20,000 nt of DNA from the IMG/VR virus record IMGVR_UViG_3300009159_008407; one strand, 5' to 3'. The notes beneath the pieces are model-generated. The model did not search any database. It was given only the letters and a program-made list of their open reading frames with translations, and had not been told where the DNA came from. The translations under genes were made by a program, and so were the position numbers. Source of the stretch: an uncultured virus (IMG/VR IMGVR_UViG_3300009159_008407) (lineage: Duplodnaviria > Heunggongvirae > Uroviricota > Caudoviricetes). The number at the start of each line of letters is the position of its first letter. Positions within the stretch are counted from its first letter, which is position 1. This document shows positions 1-8,335 of the stretch, piece after piece.

Positions 1-1
1 T

Positions 2-115
2 AGTATTAATATACCTAATGCAATTGAAGAATTTATTAATTTACTGGATATTGAAGATAAAAAATTTATATTAGATTATACTCTTAACCTTTATGGTAAG
101 TGCACTACAGTATGA
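2..115 (+). CDS. C-terminal end of probable gp47-like recombination endonuclease subunit (partial, begins before the window)
   Basis: Frame 2 is open to TGA 113-115 (SINIPNAIEEFINLLDIEDKKFILDYTLNLYGKCTTV*). ATGA overlap with the gp46 start. The 47-46 order is standard in T4-like phages, so identity rests mainly on synteny. Confidence 0.65.
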   Translation, partial: SINIPNAIEEFINLLDIEDKKFILDYTLNLYGKCTTV

Positions 116-1917
116 AAAAAGTAATATTTAAAAGTCTTAAAATTCAAAACTATCTCTCAGTTGGTAATAATCCTGTATGTATCGATTTTAAAAAGGGTAT
201 CAATCTAGTTACCGGTATCAATAAAGATAAACCTGATCGTAGAAATGCTATCGGTAAATCTACTGTTGCTGATGCTTTGTACTTTGGTATTTTTGGAGAT
301 CCTTTGCGTGAAATTAAAAAGGATCTTATTGTTAACAATATTACAGGTGGTACAACTACAATTGAAATTGAATGCGATGTAGTTACCCCTAAAGAGACTA
401 ATACGTATAAGCTTATACGTAAACTTAACCCATCAAAGGTATATATCTATAAAGATGGTGAAGATGCAACTAGAGATACTATATCAAATACAAACAAGTA
501 TATTTGTGATACTCTAAGTGCTACCCCTTCTTTATTTCAGAATTGTGTTATTATGACAGTTAATAATGCAATACCTTTCATGGCTAAAAATAAAGTAGAA
601 AAGCGCAAGTTTATTGAAGATATTTTTGGCTTGGAAGTGTTTAGTCAGATGATCTCTGAGTTACGTGGTGAATATAACAACATATCAAAGGAGTATGATC
701 TTGAACAAGCAAAATTTTCTGAAGTTAACAGATCTACTTTTGATTATAAAAAACAAAGACAGAAAATTTTAGATCACCGTACCCAAAAACATCAAGTTTA
801 TTTACAACGTCAACAAGAAAATGATGATACATGGGGTAAACTTGACGCTAAACTTGCTGGAATGGTTTTTTGGGATAGTAGTATAATACAAGAAAATATT
901 AGTAAACTACAAACTGGTATTAAAAAATGTGAAAGTGTAATTACCGATAAAAATTTATTAGTTGGTGAATATACAACTAGAATTAAAACTTTAAAAAGCA
1001 CGTATGAAAAGATCGGTACGGATCAAGAAGAGTGTCCTGTATGTTTAAGATCAATTAAAGATCACGACGCAAAATATATTAAAGAAGAAAAGGTTAAGAT
1101 TGAGATCGAAATCGATAATCTAACTAAATTACTCAAAGCAACAAAGGATGAAATTATTTCAATACAGCAAAAGAAAGATGCTGTTAATAAAAAATTGAAA
1201 GATGAAGAAGGTAAAATTGCAAAAAATAAACTTCTCAATCAAGAAGAAAAAAATATTTTAGAAAAGATTCAACAGATCAAAAAATGGCAAGAATCACTAA
1301 TTGATGATATAAATCAGGTTACTGGTACATCAACTGAGTTTGATGGTATTATTGAAGATACTGAAAAACGTTTAAGTGAATTAGATCAAACTATTATTCA
1401 AAAGAAGCAGCAAATTCAAATGCTTGATGTTGTAAAATATGTCATCAGTGAAGAAGGTGTTAAATCTTATATTGTAAATAAATTGCTTGAACTTCTTAAT
1501 AGCCGATTGCTTTATTATCTCAAGAAATTAGATAGTAATGCAATTTGTTATTTTAATGAATTTTTCGAAGAGGAGTTAGTTAATGATAAGAATAAAATCT
1601 GTTCATACTTTAATTTTTCAGGTGCTGAACGCAAGAGTGTAGACTTAGCATGCTTATTTACGTTTTCAGATTTAAGAAGAATGCAAGGTGGGGTACAATA
1701 CAATATTGCATTTTATGATGAACTATTTGATTCGTCATTCGATGAAAAGGGTATTGAACTTATAAGTGATTTACTTAAAGAACGTTCAGATCAATTTGAT
1801 GAATGTATCTATATCATATCACATAGACTTGAATCACTTAAATCTGTAACAGGTGAAGTCATTTTCTTAGAAAAAGAAAATGGTATTACTAATAGGGTTG
1901 AGTTTAAAGATATCTGA
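112..1917 (+). CDS. 46: gp46-like recombination endonuclease ATPase subunit (SbcC/Rad50 family)
   Basis: Walker A with insertion (GINKDKPDRRNAIGKST), coiled coil with central CPVC zinc hook, signature FSGAE, Walker B FYDELFD, H-loop IISHR. Start moved from GTG100 to ATG112 because of the ATGA coupling. Confidence 0.92.
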   Translation: MKKVIFKSLKIQNYLSVGNNPVCIDFKKGINLVTGINKDKPDRRNAIGKSTVADALYFGIFGDPLREIKKDLIVNNITGGTTTIEIECDVVTPKETNTYKLIRKLNPSKVYIYKDGEDATRDTISNTNKYICDTLSATPSLFQNCVIMTVNNAIPFMAKNKVEKRKFIEDIFGLEVFSQMISELRGEYNNISKEYDLEQAKFSEVNRSTFDYKKQRQKILDHRTQKHQVYLQRQQENDDTWGKLDAKLAGMVFWDSSIIQENISKLQTGIKKCESVITDKNLLVGEYTTRIKTLKSTYEKIGTDQEECPVCLRSIKDHDAKYIKEEKVKIEIEIDNLTKLLKATKDEIISIQQKKDAVNKKLKDEEGKIAKNKLLNQEEKNILEKIQQIKKWQESLIDDINQVTGTSTEFDGIIEDTEKRLSELDQTIIQKKQQIQMLDVVKYVISEEGVKSYIVNKLLELLNSRLLYYLKKLDSNAICYFNEFFEEELVNDKNKICSYFNFSGAERKSVDLACLFTFSDLRRMQGGVQYNIAFYDELFDSSFDEKGIELISDLLKERSDQFDECIYIISHRLESLKSVTGEVIFLEKENGITNRVEFKDI

Positions 1918-1925
1918 CATAAATT
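1918..1925 (+). promoter_or_regulatory. possible late-promoter variant CATAAATT
   Basis: Resembles T4 late TATAAATA and lies 6 nt before ATG1932; imperfect match. Confidence 0.35.
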
Positions 1926-1931
1926 TATGAT

Positions 1932-3131
1932 ATGTTTCCATCACCGTTTGTATCACCATTTATTCCAGTTCAAGGTGCTAAATTAGCTCAACCACCCACA
2001 CCACCGAGGGAAAATATAGCACCACGTGAACTTTCTTTACCACGTGTTATCAATTATCTTGCTGATTATAGTGGTTGTGGTCACTGGAGGGTTATTTGGC
2101 CAGAACAAATTTTAAACGGTAATGGTGCGATGATTTCACAATCTAATACTTGTATGGTATTTGAACCAAAGTGGTATGAAGGTGTTACAGCAATTAAAAT
2201 TCAAAGACAAGCTACAACAGATCAAAAACGATTTATTGAATACCTAAAATCAATTCAAAAGCAGTGTGGTTTTAAAATTATTTACGAAGTTGATGATGTA
2301 GTTTTCAGAGAAGATATTCCAGATTATAATAAGTTTAAATTTGCTTTTGATAATGATGAAGTAAGACAAAACTGCATTGATATTATTAACATGGCTGATG
2401 AAGTTACTGTAACATGTGATTACATGAGAGATTTGTATAGGGAGAAGACAGGTAAACAAGAAATTACAGTCATTCCTAACTTCCCTCCATTTTTCTGGAT
2501 GGGTTATTTCTTCAACCATTCAAAGGTTTGTAATTCACTAGATAAAAACCACAAAAAACCACGCATTCTATATACAGGATCAGGTGCACATTATGATGTA
2601 GATAATAAAGTAGGTGGTAAAGATGACTTTGAACATGTAATCAAAGCAGTTATTGATACAAGAACAAAATATCAATGGGTGTTTATGGGTTCATTCCCAC
2701 CACCTTTGAAGCCATATATTGAATCTGGTGAGATTGAATTCCACCCATGGCAGACCCTTTATCAATATCCAAAGAAAATTTTTGAACTAGATATTAATTT
2801 GATGATTGCTCCGTTGCAAGATAACCATTTCAACAGATCCAAATCAGATATTAAATTTATTGAAGCATGTCTATTTGGTATACCAGTTATCTGTCAAGAT
2901 ATGGTCACATATAAGGATGCACCACTCAAATTTAAAACAGGTGAGCAACTTAAAGAACTTATTGCAGCCACTCTTAAAAATAAACCAAAATATCGTAAGA
3001 TGTCTATGGAGATGAGACAGGTTGGTGAACAACGCATTCTTGAAAAGCAAGAAAATATTGGGTGTATTTATGAAGCATATACTACACCATATAATTCACC
3101 TGAAAGAAAATACTTGAAGAAATGGAATTAG
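1932..3131 (+). CDS. GT-B fold glycosyltransferase (GT4-like) with Pro-rich N-terminus
   Basis: SGCGHWRVIWP N-terminal motif, YEVDDVVF, ADEVTVT, and LMIAPLQDNHFNRSKSDIKFIEACLFGIPVI (nucleotide-sugar-binding motif of GT-B enzymes). Confidence 0.8.
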   Translation: MFPSPFVSPFIPVQGAKLAQPPTPPRENIAPRELSLPRVINYLADYSGCGHWRVIWPEQILNGNGAMISQSNTCMVFEPKWYEGVTAIKIQRQATTDQKRFIEYLKSIQKQCGFKIIYEVDDVVFREDIPDYNKFKFAFDNDEVRQNCIDIINMADEVTVTCDYMRDLYREKTGKQEITVIPNFPPFFWMGYFFNHSKVCNSLDKNHKKPRILYTGSGAHYDVDNKVGGKDDFEHVIKAVIDTRTKYQWVFMGSFPPPLKPYIESGEIEFHPWQTLYQYPKKIFELDINLMIAPLQDNHFNRSKSDIKFIEACLFGIPVICQDMVTYKDAPLKFKTGEQLKELIAATLKNKPKYRKMSMEMRQVGEQRILEKQENIGCIYEAYTTPYNSPERKYLKKWN

Positions 3132-3141
3132 TTCATATAAT
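3114..3141 (+). promoter_or_regulatory. sigma70-like promoter for DNA polymerase
   Basis: TTGAAG(3114-3119)-N16-TATAAT(3136-3141), 8 nt before ATG3150. Confidence 0.65.
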
Positions 3142-3149
3142 AAGACGAA

Positions 3150-5726
3150 ATGTCTTATAGAAACTGTTTTTACAATAATAATAATCGATCCGTAGAGCTA
3201 TTTGCGTGGGATAAAGATGGTAATCGTGTGCAGTATACTGTATCGCATGATCCTTATTTGTACTTAGAAGACCCTAAAGGTGAAAGTGTATCAATTTATA
3301 ATACTAAACTCAAGAAGAAATATTTTCGTAACTCATATGAGCGTAGTAAATTTTTAAGAGATAGTGGTATTAGAAGGGTGTTTGAAAATATACCACCCGC
3401 TCAGCAATACTTACTTGATACATTTTGGCGTGAAAATGAAAAGCCAGAATTTACTCAGCATCCGATTAAGATCTGCTTTTTAGATATTGAAACTTATTCT
3501 GTTGATTCTTTTCCGAATCCAGAAGACCCTACTCATGAAGTAACTGTAATCACTTGTTATGATAGTTTAAGTAAAGAATTCCATACGTTTGGTATCAAGC
3601 CATATAATGGTAGTAACAAGACTGTAAAATACACTCATTGTAAAAATGAGAGAGAGTTGTTTATTAATTTTATTGAGTACCTAAAGAAAGATTACCCTGA
3701 TATTATGTCTGGGTGGAACTCCGAGTTTTTTGATATTCCATATATCATTAATAGATGTACTCGTATTTTAGGTGAAGAATATACTAAAGAACTTTCACCT
3801 CTTGGTAGAGTTCATTATCGGGATATTATTGGTAAGTTTGGTAGGCAGCAACGCCGATATTATATCGATGGTATGGCTATTCTTGATTATTTGGATATTT
3901 ACAAACGTTTTTGTTTTAAAGAACGTGATAGTTATAAACTAGATAATATTGGTGAAATTGAACTTGGTGAGAAAAAGGTAAACTTAAATGGTATGTCCAT
4001 TGCTCAATTAACTGATACTGATTGGGATACATTTATTGATTATAATATTCAGGACGTTAATATTGTTGTTCGTCTAGAAGAGAAGTTGCAATATGTTAAT
4101 TTATTAAGAATGTTATCATATGCTGGTCTTTGTACCTTTGAGCAAGCAATGGGTACCCTTTCAGTTATCAATGGTGCATTGTGTATCAAAGCACGTGAGC
4201 TAGGTAAGGTTATATCAACGTTTATTCGTAATGATCCTGATAGTGTAAATCCTGGTGCATATGTTGCAGAACCTAAAGGTGGTTTTCAAGAAAACATAAT
4301 CTCTTTTGACGCAAATTCACTATATCCGAACGTTATGATTTCACTTAACTTATCACCTGAAACTAAAGTAGGTAAGTTTGAAAAAGTTGACGATGATAAT
4401 TACATAATTAGGCATGTAAGTGGTAAAACTTTTAATTTAACTAAAGCTAAATTTGCTGAATTAATTAAAGCAGAAGATCTTGCAATTACTAAAGCAAACT
4501 TTTTGTTTACGCAGAAGTTTAAAGGTATTGTTCCTTTATTTGTAGATCACTTTTATAATAAACGTGTTGAAATTAAGAAAGAACTTCAAATATATAAAGT
4601 TGAATTGAGTAAACTTAAAAAAGGTACTACTGAATATAGACGAGTATCTGATATGGTTGCTAAACTTAATGCACATCAGATGTGTGTGAAGGTTTTGATT
4701 AACTCTTGTTATGGTTATTTTGGTAACAAGCAAGCTCCTATTGGTGATGATGATATTGCATCTTCTGTAACCTTAACTGGTCAAGCAGTAATTAAAGAGT
4801 CTAATATCCTCATTAGAGAATATCTCGAAAATACCGTCAGTGGTATTACTAAGAATGAACTAGAAGAAGCTATCATATATAATGATACAGATTCTTCTTA
4901 TGTATCCATTAAGTCTCTCTTTAAAGACAATAAAATCCAGTTCCTTGATAAGGATGGTAGTATTACTAAAGAAACTCATGAGCAAGTGCAAAATATTGAA
5001 AATTTCTTAAATGAAAAAATTAAGATTTGGGGTAAAAAGAACCTTAATTCAAAAGATTGTCGGTTTGTATTTAAACGTGAAAGTATTGGTGATGTTGGAA
5101 TATTTTTGCAGAAAAAACGTTATGTATTACATGTGTTAGATGATGAAGGTATCCCTTGTAATAAATTTAAGTATACTGGAGTGGAAGTAGTACGTACGAC
5201 TATGCCTAATGCGATTAAACCCTATGCTAAAAAGATTATTGAAACGATGATGTTATCGAAATCGCAGATAGAAACTAATAAAGTATTGAATGAAACGTAT
5301 GATATTTTCAAAAGTCTTTCTATTCAAGATGTTGCGTTTGTAATGGGTCTAAAAGGATATGAAAAATATTCTGCGCAGTGTAATGAATTTCAAACTGCAA
5401 AAGGTATGCCATTACATGTGAAATCGAGTTATTACTATAATTTACTTCTTGAAAAGTTTAACCTCGATAACAAATATGAGACTCTTTCATCAGGTGATAA
5501 AGTGAGATATTTGTATGTTGAAACTCCTAATAAATATATGTTAGAATCTGTTGCATTTAAGAATGAATTCCCTGAAGAGTTTCATCAGTTTTTCAAAATT
5601 GACTATGATAAAATGTTTGAGAAAATTCTCTTTCAAGCAATTGAAAGATTTTATGAAGCTGTAAATTGGAGAATTCGTAAACCTAAAGATAACGTACAAA
5701 CAGAATTATTTGATTTATTTGGTTGA
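3150..5726 (+). CDS. 43: family B DNA polymerase (gp43-like)
   Basis: ExoI DIET, ExoII GWNSEFFDIPY, ExoIII YNIQD, motif A SFDANSLYP, motif B KVLINSCYG, motif C YNDTDS, KKRY, and C-terminal clamp-binding-like QTELFDLFG. Confidence 0.97.
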   Translation: MSYRNCFYNNNNRSVELFAWDKDGNRVQYTVSHDPYLYLEDPKGESVSIYNTKLKKKYFRNSYERSKFLRDSGIRRVFENIPPAQQYLLDTFWRENEKPEFTQHPIKICFLDIETYSVDSFPNPEDPTHEVTVITCYDSLSKEFHTFGIKPYNGSNKTVKYTHCKNERELFINFIEYLKKDYPDIMSGWNSEFFDIPYIINRCTRILGEEYTKELSPLGRVHYRDIIGKFGRQQRRYYIDGMAILDYLDIYKRFCFKERDSYKLDNIGEIELGEKKVNLNGMSIAQLTDTDWDTFIDYNIQDVNIVVRLEEKLQYVNLLRMLSYAGLCTFEQAMGTLSVINGALCIKARELGKVISTFIRNDPDSVNPGAYVAEPKGGFQENIISFDANSLYPNVMISLNLSPETKVGKFEKVDDDNYIIRHVSGKTFNLTKAKFAELIKAEDLAITKANFLFTQKFKGIVPLFVDHFYNKRVEIKKELQIYKVELSKLKKGTTEYRRVSDMVAKLNAHQMCVKVLINSCYGYFGNKQAPIGDDDIASSVTLTGQAVIKESNILIREYLENTVSGITKNELEEAIIYNDTDSSYVSIKSLFKDNKIQFLDKDGSITKETHEQVQNIENFLNEKIKIWGKKNLNSKDCRFVFKRESIGDVGIFLQKKRYVLHVLDDEGIPCNKFKYTGVEVVRTTMPNAIKPYAKKIIETMMLSKSQIETNKVLNETYDIFKSLSIQDVAFVMGLKGYEKYSAQCNEFQTAKGMPLHVKSSYYYNLLLEKFNLDNKYETLSSGDKVRYLYVETPNKYMLESVAFKNEFPEEFHQFFKIDYDKMFEKILFQAIERFYEAVNWRIRKPKDNVQTELFDLFG

Positions 5727-5750
5727 TATATCACAATTATAATTCATAAT
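5723..5750 (+). promoter_or_regulatory. sigma70-like promoter
   Basis: TTGATA(5723-5728)-N16-CATAAT(5745-5750), 6 nt before ATG5757. Confidence 0.55.
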
Positions 5751-5756
5751 ATACAT

Positions 5757-6098
5757 ATGAGCGAAAACATTAAAGTTATTATCGACAACGTTGGTAGGTT
5801 TATTATTGGTAAAGTTGTATCAGAAACTGATACGGTTTTGTCTCTTAAGACACCTGTAATTATTCATGTACAACCAAGCCAGACAGGTCAGCTTCAAGTT
5901 CAAACTATTCCATTGTTCTTTGGTGAGTTTGTAAAGGAAAAAGACACAAATGTATGGCACTATACCAAATCAACAATTTCGTATAGCGACGTTGAACTTG
6001 ATGATAGGTTGCTTAACCAATACTTGGCTATTGCTAATCCATCACCAATCATTCAACCGACAGCGGACCCACAGGTTATCAAGTTGTTTGACGATTAA
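5757..6098 (+). CDS. small beta-rich phage protein, possibly Sm/LSm-like fold
   Basis: 113-aa ORF with its own promoter and terminator. Alternating hydrophobic beta pattern (IKVIIDNVGRFIIGKVV...LSLKTPVIIHV) resembles small Sm-like proteins of T4-like phages. Fold is inferred. Confidence 0.5.
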   Translation: MSENIKVIIDNVGRFIIGKVVSETDTVLSLKTPVIIHVQPSQTGQLQVQTIPLFFGEFVKEKDTNVWHYTKSTISYSDVELDDRLLNQYLAIANPSPIIQPTADPQVIKLFDD

Positions 6099-6112
6099 TT
6101 AAAAATTATATC

Positions 6113-6147
6113 ACCCCTCTGAGATAATTATCTCAGAGGGGTTTTTT
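6113..6147 (+). terminator. rho-independent terminator
   Basis: Perfect inverted repeat ACCCCTCTGAGATAA/TTATCTCAGAGGGGT (6113-6142) running into TTTTTT (6142-6147), just after the stop at 6098. Confidence 0.9.
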
Positions 6148-6148
6148 G

Positions 6149-6176
6149 TGGATAAATGTAAAATATAGATTATAAT
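6149..6176 (+). promoter_or_regulatory. sigma70-like promoter for uvsX
   Basis: TGGATA(6149-6154)-N16-TATAAT(6171-6176), 6 nt before ATG6183. Confidence 0.6.
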
Positions 6177-6182
6177 AGACTT

Positions 6183-7310
6183 ATGGATAAAGAATTAAAA
6201 GCTGCTTTAGATAGTATAGATGAAATCAATCCCTATGCTACATATTTGGATAAAAATTCCCTTAGTTTGGTTGATGGTTGGATTGATACCGGAAGCTACG
6301 TATTGAATGCGTTAATTTCAGGTAAGTTTGATGGTGGTATACCAGTAGGTCGTGTAACATTACTTGCAGGTGAATCAATGACAGGTAAGAGTTTATTTGT
6401 GCAAAAAATTCTAGCGAATGCGCAAAAGATGGGTAAGACGGTACTTATATTTGATACAGAAAATTCGATTGATCCTGTAGGTGCTGAACGTCTTGGTCTT
6501 GATATTTCAAAAGTGAAATACATCCCTTCAACAACAATTGAAGAAACTCGTAACACAATCTTTAAATTTCTTACAACTGTAAAAGAAAAGAAGCTTGAAG
6601 GTAAATTCATCATTGCGATTGACTCTCTAGGTAATCTACAGTCACAGATGGAAATGAATCGAATGGAAAAAGAAAGTACTTCCGCTGATATGGGTAGTGC
6701 TGCTCGTGCTATGAAATCACTTCTTAAGACATGCAATAATATGGGTGCTCTTACTAAGACAACCATTCTTTGTACTAATCATGTGTATGATGATCCATCT
6801 GCAATGTTTCCGTCTCTCGAGAAGAATATGCCTGGTGGTAAGTCTGTAATTTATTTACCGTCTGTATCTGTTCAACTAGCTCGTAAACCTATGAAAGACG
6901 ATGGAGGTAAGACATTTGATAGTAATATGGTTGCTGGTCAGAAAAATTATTCTGGTGTTATTATTCGTGCTCTCACACGTAAGAATCGTTTTGTAAAGCA
7001 GTATCTCGAGGGTGAGATGTATTTGTCATTCTCATCAGGTTTAGACAAGTATTACGGTCTTCTTGACTTAGCTGTTGGTATGGGAGCCGTTATTCAAAAT
7101 GGTGCAACATATGCATTACCAAGTGGTACCAAGCTTGGGTATTATAAAAATTGGCGTAAAAATGCTAAGCTGTGGGAAGAGGATATCTTACCTAAATTAC
7201 AAGAAGAAATTACTAAAAATTGGTTGTATAGTAATGGTAATGAAGTCGAAGCTGATGTACCAGATGAAATCGACGAAATTGACGAACTAGAAGGAGATAA
7301 AGATGAATAG
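6183..7310 (+). CDS. uvsX: UvsX / RecA-like recombinase
   Basis: IDTGSYVLNALISG, Walker A GESMTGKS, FDTE, Walker B IAIDSLGNL, NHVY, MPGGK, acidic C-terminal tail. Confidence 0.95.
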   Translation: MDKELKAALDSIDEINPYATYLDKNSLSLVDGWIDTGSYVLNALISGKFDGGIPVGRVTLLAGESMTGKSLFVQKILANAQKMGKTVLIFDTENSIDPVGAERLGLDISKVKYIPSTTIEETRNTIFKFLTTVKEKKLEGKFIIAIDSLGNLQSQMEMNRMEKESTSADMGSAARAMKSLLKTCNNMGALTKTTILCTNHVYDDPSAMFPSLEKNMPGGKSVIYLPSVSVQLARKPMKDDGGKTFDSNMVAGQKNYSGVIIRALTRKNRFVKQYLEGEMYLSFSSGLDKYYGLLDLAVGMGAVIQNGATYALPSGTKLGYYKNWRKNAKLWEEDILPKLQEEITKNWLYSNGNEVEADVPDEIDEIDELEGDKDE

Positions 7311-7344
7311 TATCAAAATGCTATATTTTAGTGCTCCGTGGTGA
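7303..7344 (+). pseudogene. thioredoxin 5' remnant / 13-codon ORF MNSIKMLYFSAPW*
   Basis: ATG7303 overlaps the uvsX end, with AAGGAG at 7291-7296. 8 of 13 residues match the downstream thioredoxin N-terminus (MNEIKLLYFTASY). TGA falls exactly where the first Cys of WCGPC is expected. Confidence 0.8.
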
Positions 7345-7355
7345 AACACACCACG
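7337..7355 (+). other. GC-rich hairpin at the insertion junction
   Basis: CGTGGTG-aaaca-CACCACG: 7-bp perfect stem, no U-tract. Confidence 0.7.
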
Positions 7356-7359
7356 ACGC

Positions 7360-7367
7360 TATAAATA
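7360..7367 (+). promoter_or_regulatory. T4-type late promoter TATAAATA
   Basis: Exact T4 gp55 consensus, 5 nt before ATG7373. Confidence 0.75.
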
Positions 7368-7372
7368 GTTGT

Positions 7373-8062
7373 ATGAATAAAACTAATTTATTGTGGGTTA
7401 TAGAATATCAAAAATATTTACAGTTCATAAAAAATTGCAAAACAAAAATTTACAACTCTAATTTAGTATTACATACACATCATATCTATCCACGATTTCT
7501 TAAGCTCGACTGTAATTTATCCGAAGCTACAGTCGAGCTGTCTGTTGAAGACCACGTACAAGCACACTTATTAATGGCAAAATGTTTTGATGAGGGTTCA
7601 TATGAGTTTATATCAAATTTAAGATCCGCAAAGCTTTTAGCTAAAAACTCTATAATAGATAAAAAGCTATTAGATGCTATATATGAATCACAAAGAGGTG
7701 AAAATAACCCATCAAAGCGTCCTGAAAATAGAAAAAAGATTTCTGATGGTTTATTAGAATTCTATAGTAATAACCCAAATGCAAAGAAAGGTAAAACCTA
7801 TAAAGAAATTTACGGTGAAAATTATTTAGAAGAAATAAACAAAAGAAAAAAAGCGACAAGGACCAAAGAAGAATATAAACAAGGTGCAGCTAAAGCTGCT
7901 GCTACAGCTAAAGAACGAGGTAGTAATAGTGGTAGTAATAATTCAAATGCAAAAAAAATATCAATAGATGGTAAAATTTTTAATTGTATAGCTGATGCAT
8001 GTCGGTATTTTTCACTTTCACCTTATAAGTTGAAAACAACCAACAATATATTATATTTGTAA
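7373..8062 (+). mobile_element. free-standing HNH-type homing endonuclease (mob-like) with NUMOD-like DNA-binding modules
   Basis: HTHHIYPR...VELSVEDHVQAHLLM nuclease motif, then GENNPSKRPENRKKIS, KKGKTYKEIYG and C-terminal NAKKISIDGKIFNCIADACRYF. Start reassigned from GTG7331 to ATG7373, downstream of the late promoter. Confidence 0.85.
8030..8057 (+). promoter_or_regulatory. sigma70-like promoter for thioredoxin-queC, embedded in the 3' end of the HNH gene
   Basis: TTGAAA(8030-8035)-N16-TATATT(8052-8057), 6 nt before ATG8064. Confidence 0.6.
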
Positions 8063-8063
8063 T

Positions 8064-8333
8064 ATGAATGAAATTAAATTGTTATACTTTACTGCTAGTT
8101 ATTGTGGACCTTGTAAAATGTTTAAACCAATCATTGAGCAGTTTAAACAAAAACATCATAATTGCGATGTTGAGCACATCAACATCGAAGAACATGAACA
8201 ATTAGTTAAAAATTACAACATTAATGCTGTACCGACTTGTGTATTTGTTAAAAACGAAAAAGAAGTTTCACGTTTTTCTGGGATGAAAGGTATTGTATAT
8301 CTTGAAAATCTCTTAGACGAAGCTACAATTTAA
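8064..8333 (+). CDS. thioredoxin
   Basis: FTASYCGPCK active site (Y in place of the usual W), cis-Pro motif AVPT, 89 aa. Confidence 0.93.
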   Translation: MNEIKLLYFTASYCGPCKMFKPIIEQFKQKHHNCDVEHINIEEHEQLVKNYNINAVPTCVFVKNEKEVSRFSGMKGIVYLENLLDEATI

Positions 8334-8335
8334 AT

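Noticed and set aside
214..264. Insertion within the gp46 Walker A loop
   Set aside because: Similar insertions occur in many phage SbcC/gp46 proteins and the GKST is intact.
7342..7344. TGA at the thioredoxin Cys position read as selenocysteine
   Set aside because: Read-through gives NTPRRYK* rather than GPC..., so no selenoprotein thioredoxin results.
7344..8104. Classical group I intron in thioredoxin
   Set aside because: The interval is almost all HNH coding sequence, no P3-P7 core was recognisable, there is no U-G pair at the putative 5' splice site, and the downstream gene is already complete. Not formally excluded without RT-PCR or a covariance search.
7339..8105. Gene 60-style ribosomal bypass across the whole insert
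   Set aside because: There is no matching TGG landing codon before TGT GGA CCT (it is TAT), and the gap is about 760 nt against 50 nt in gene 60.
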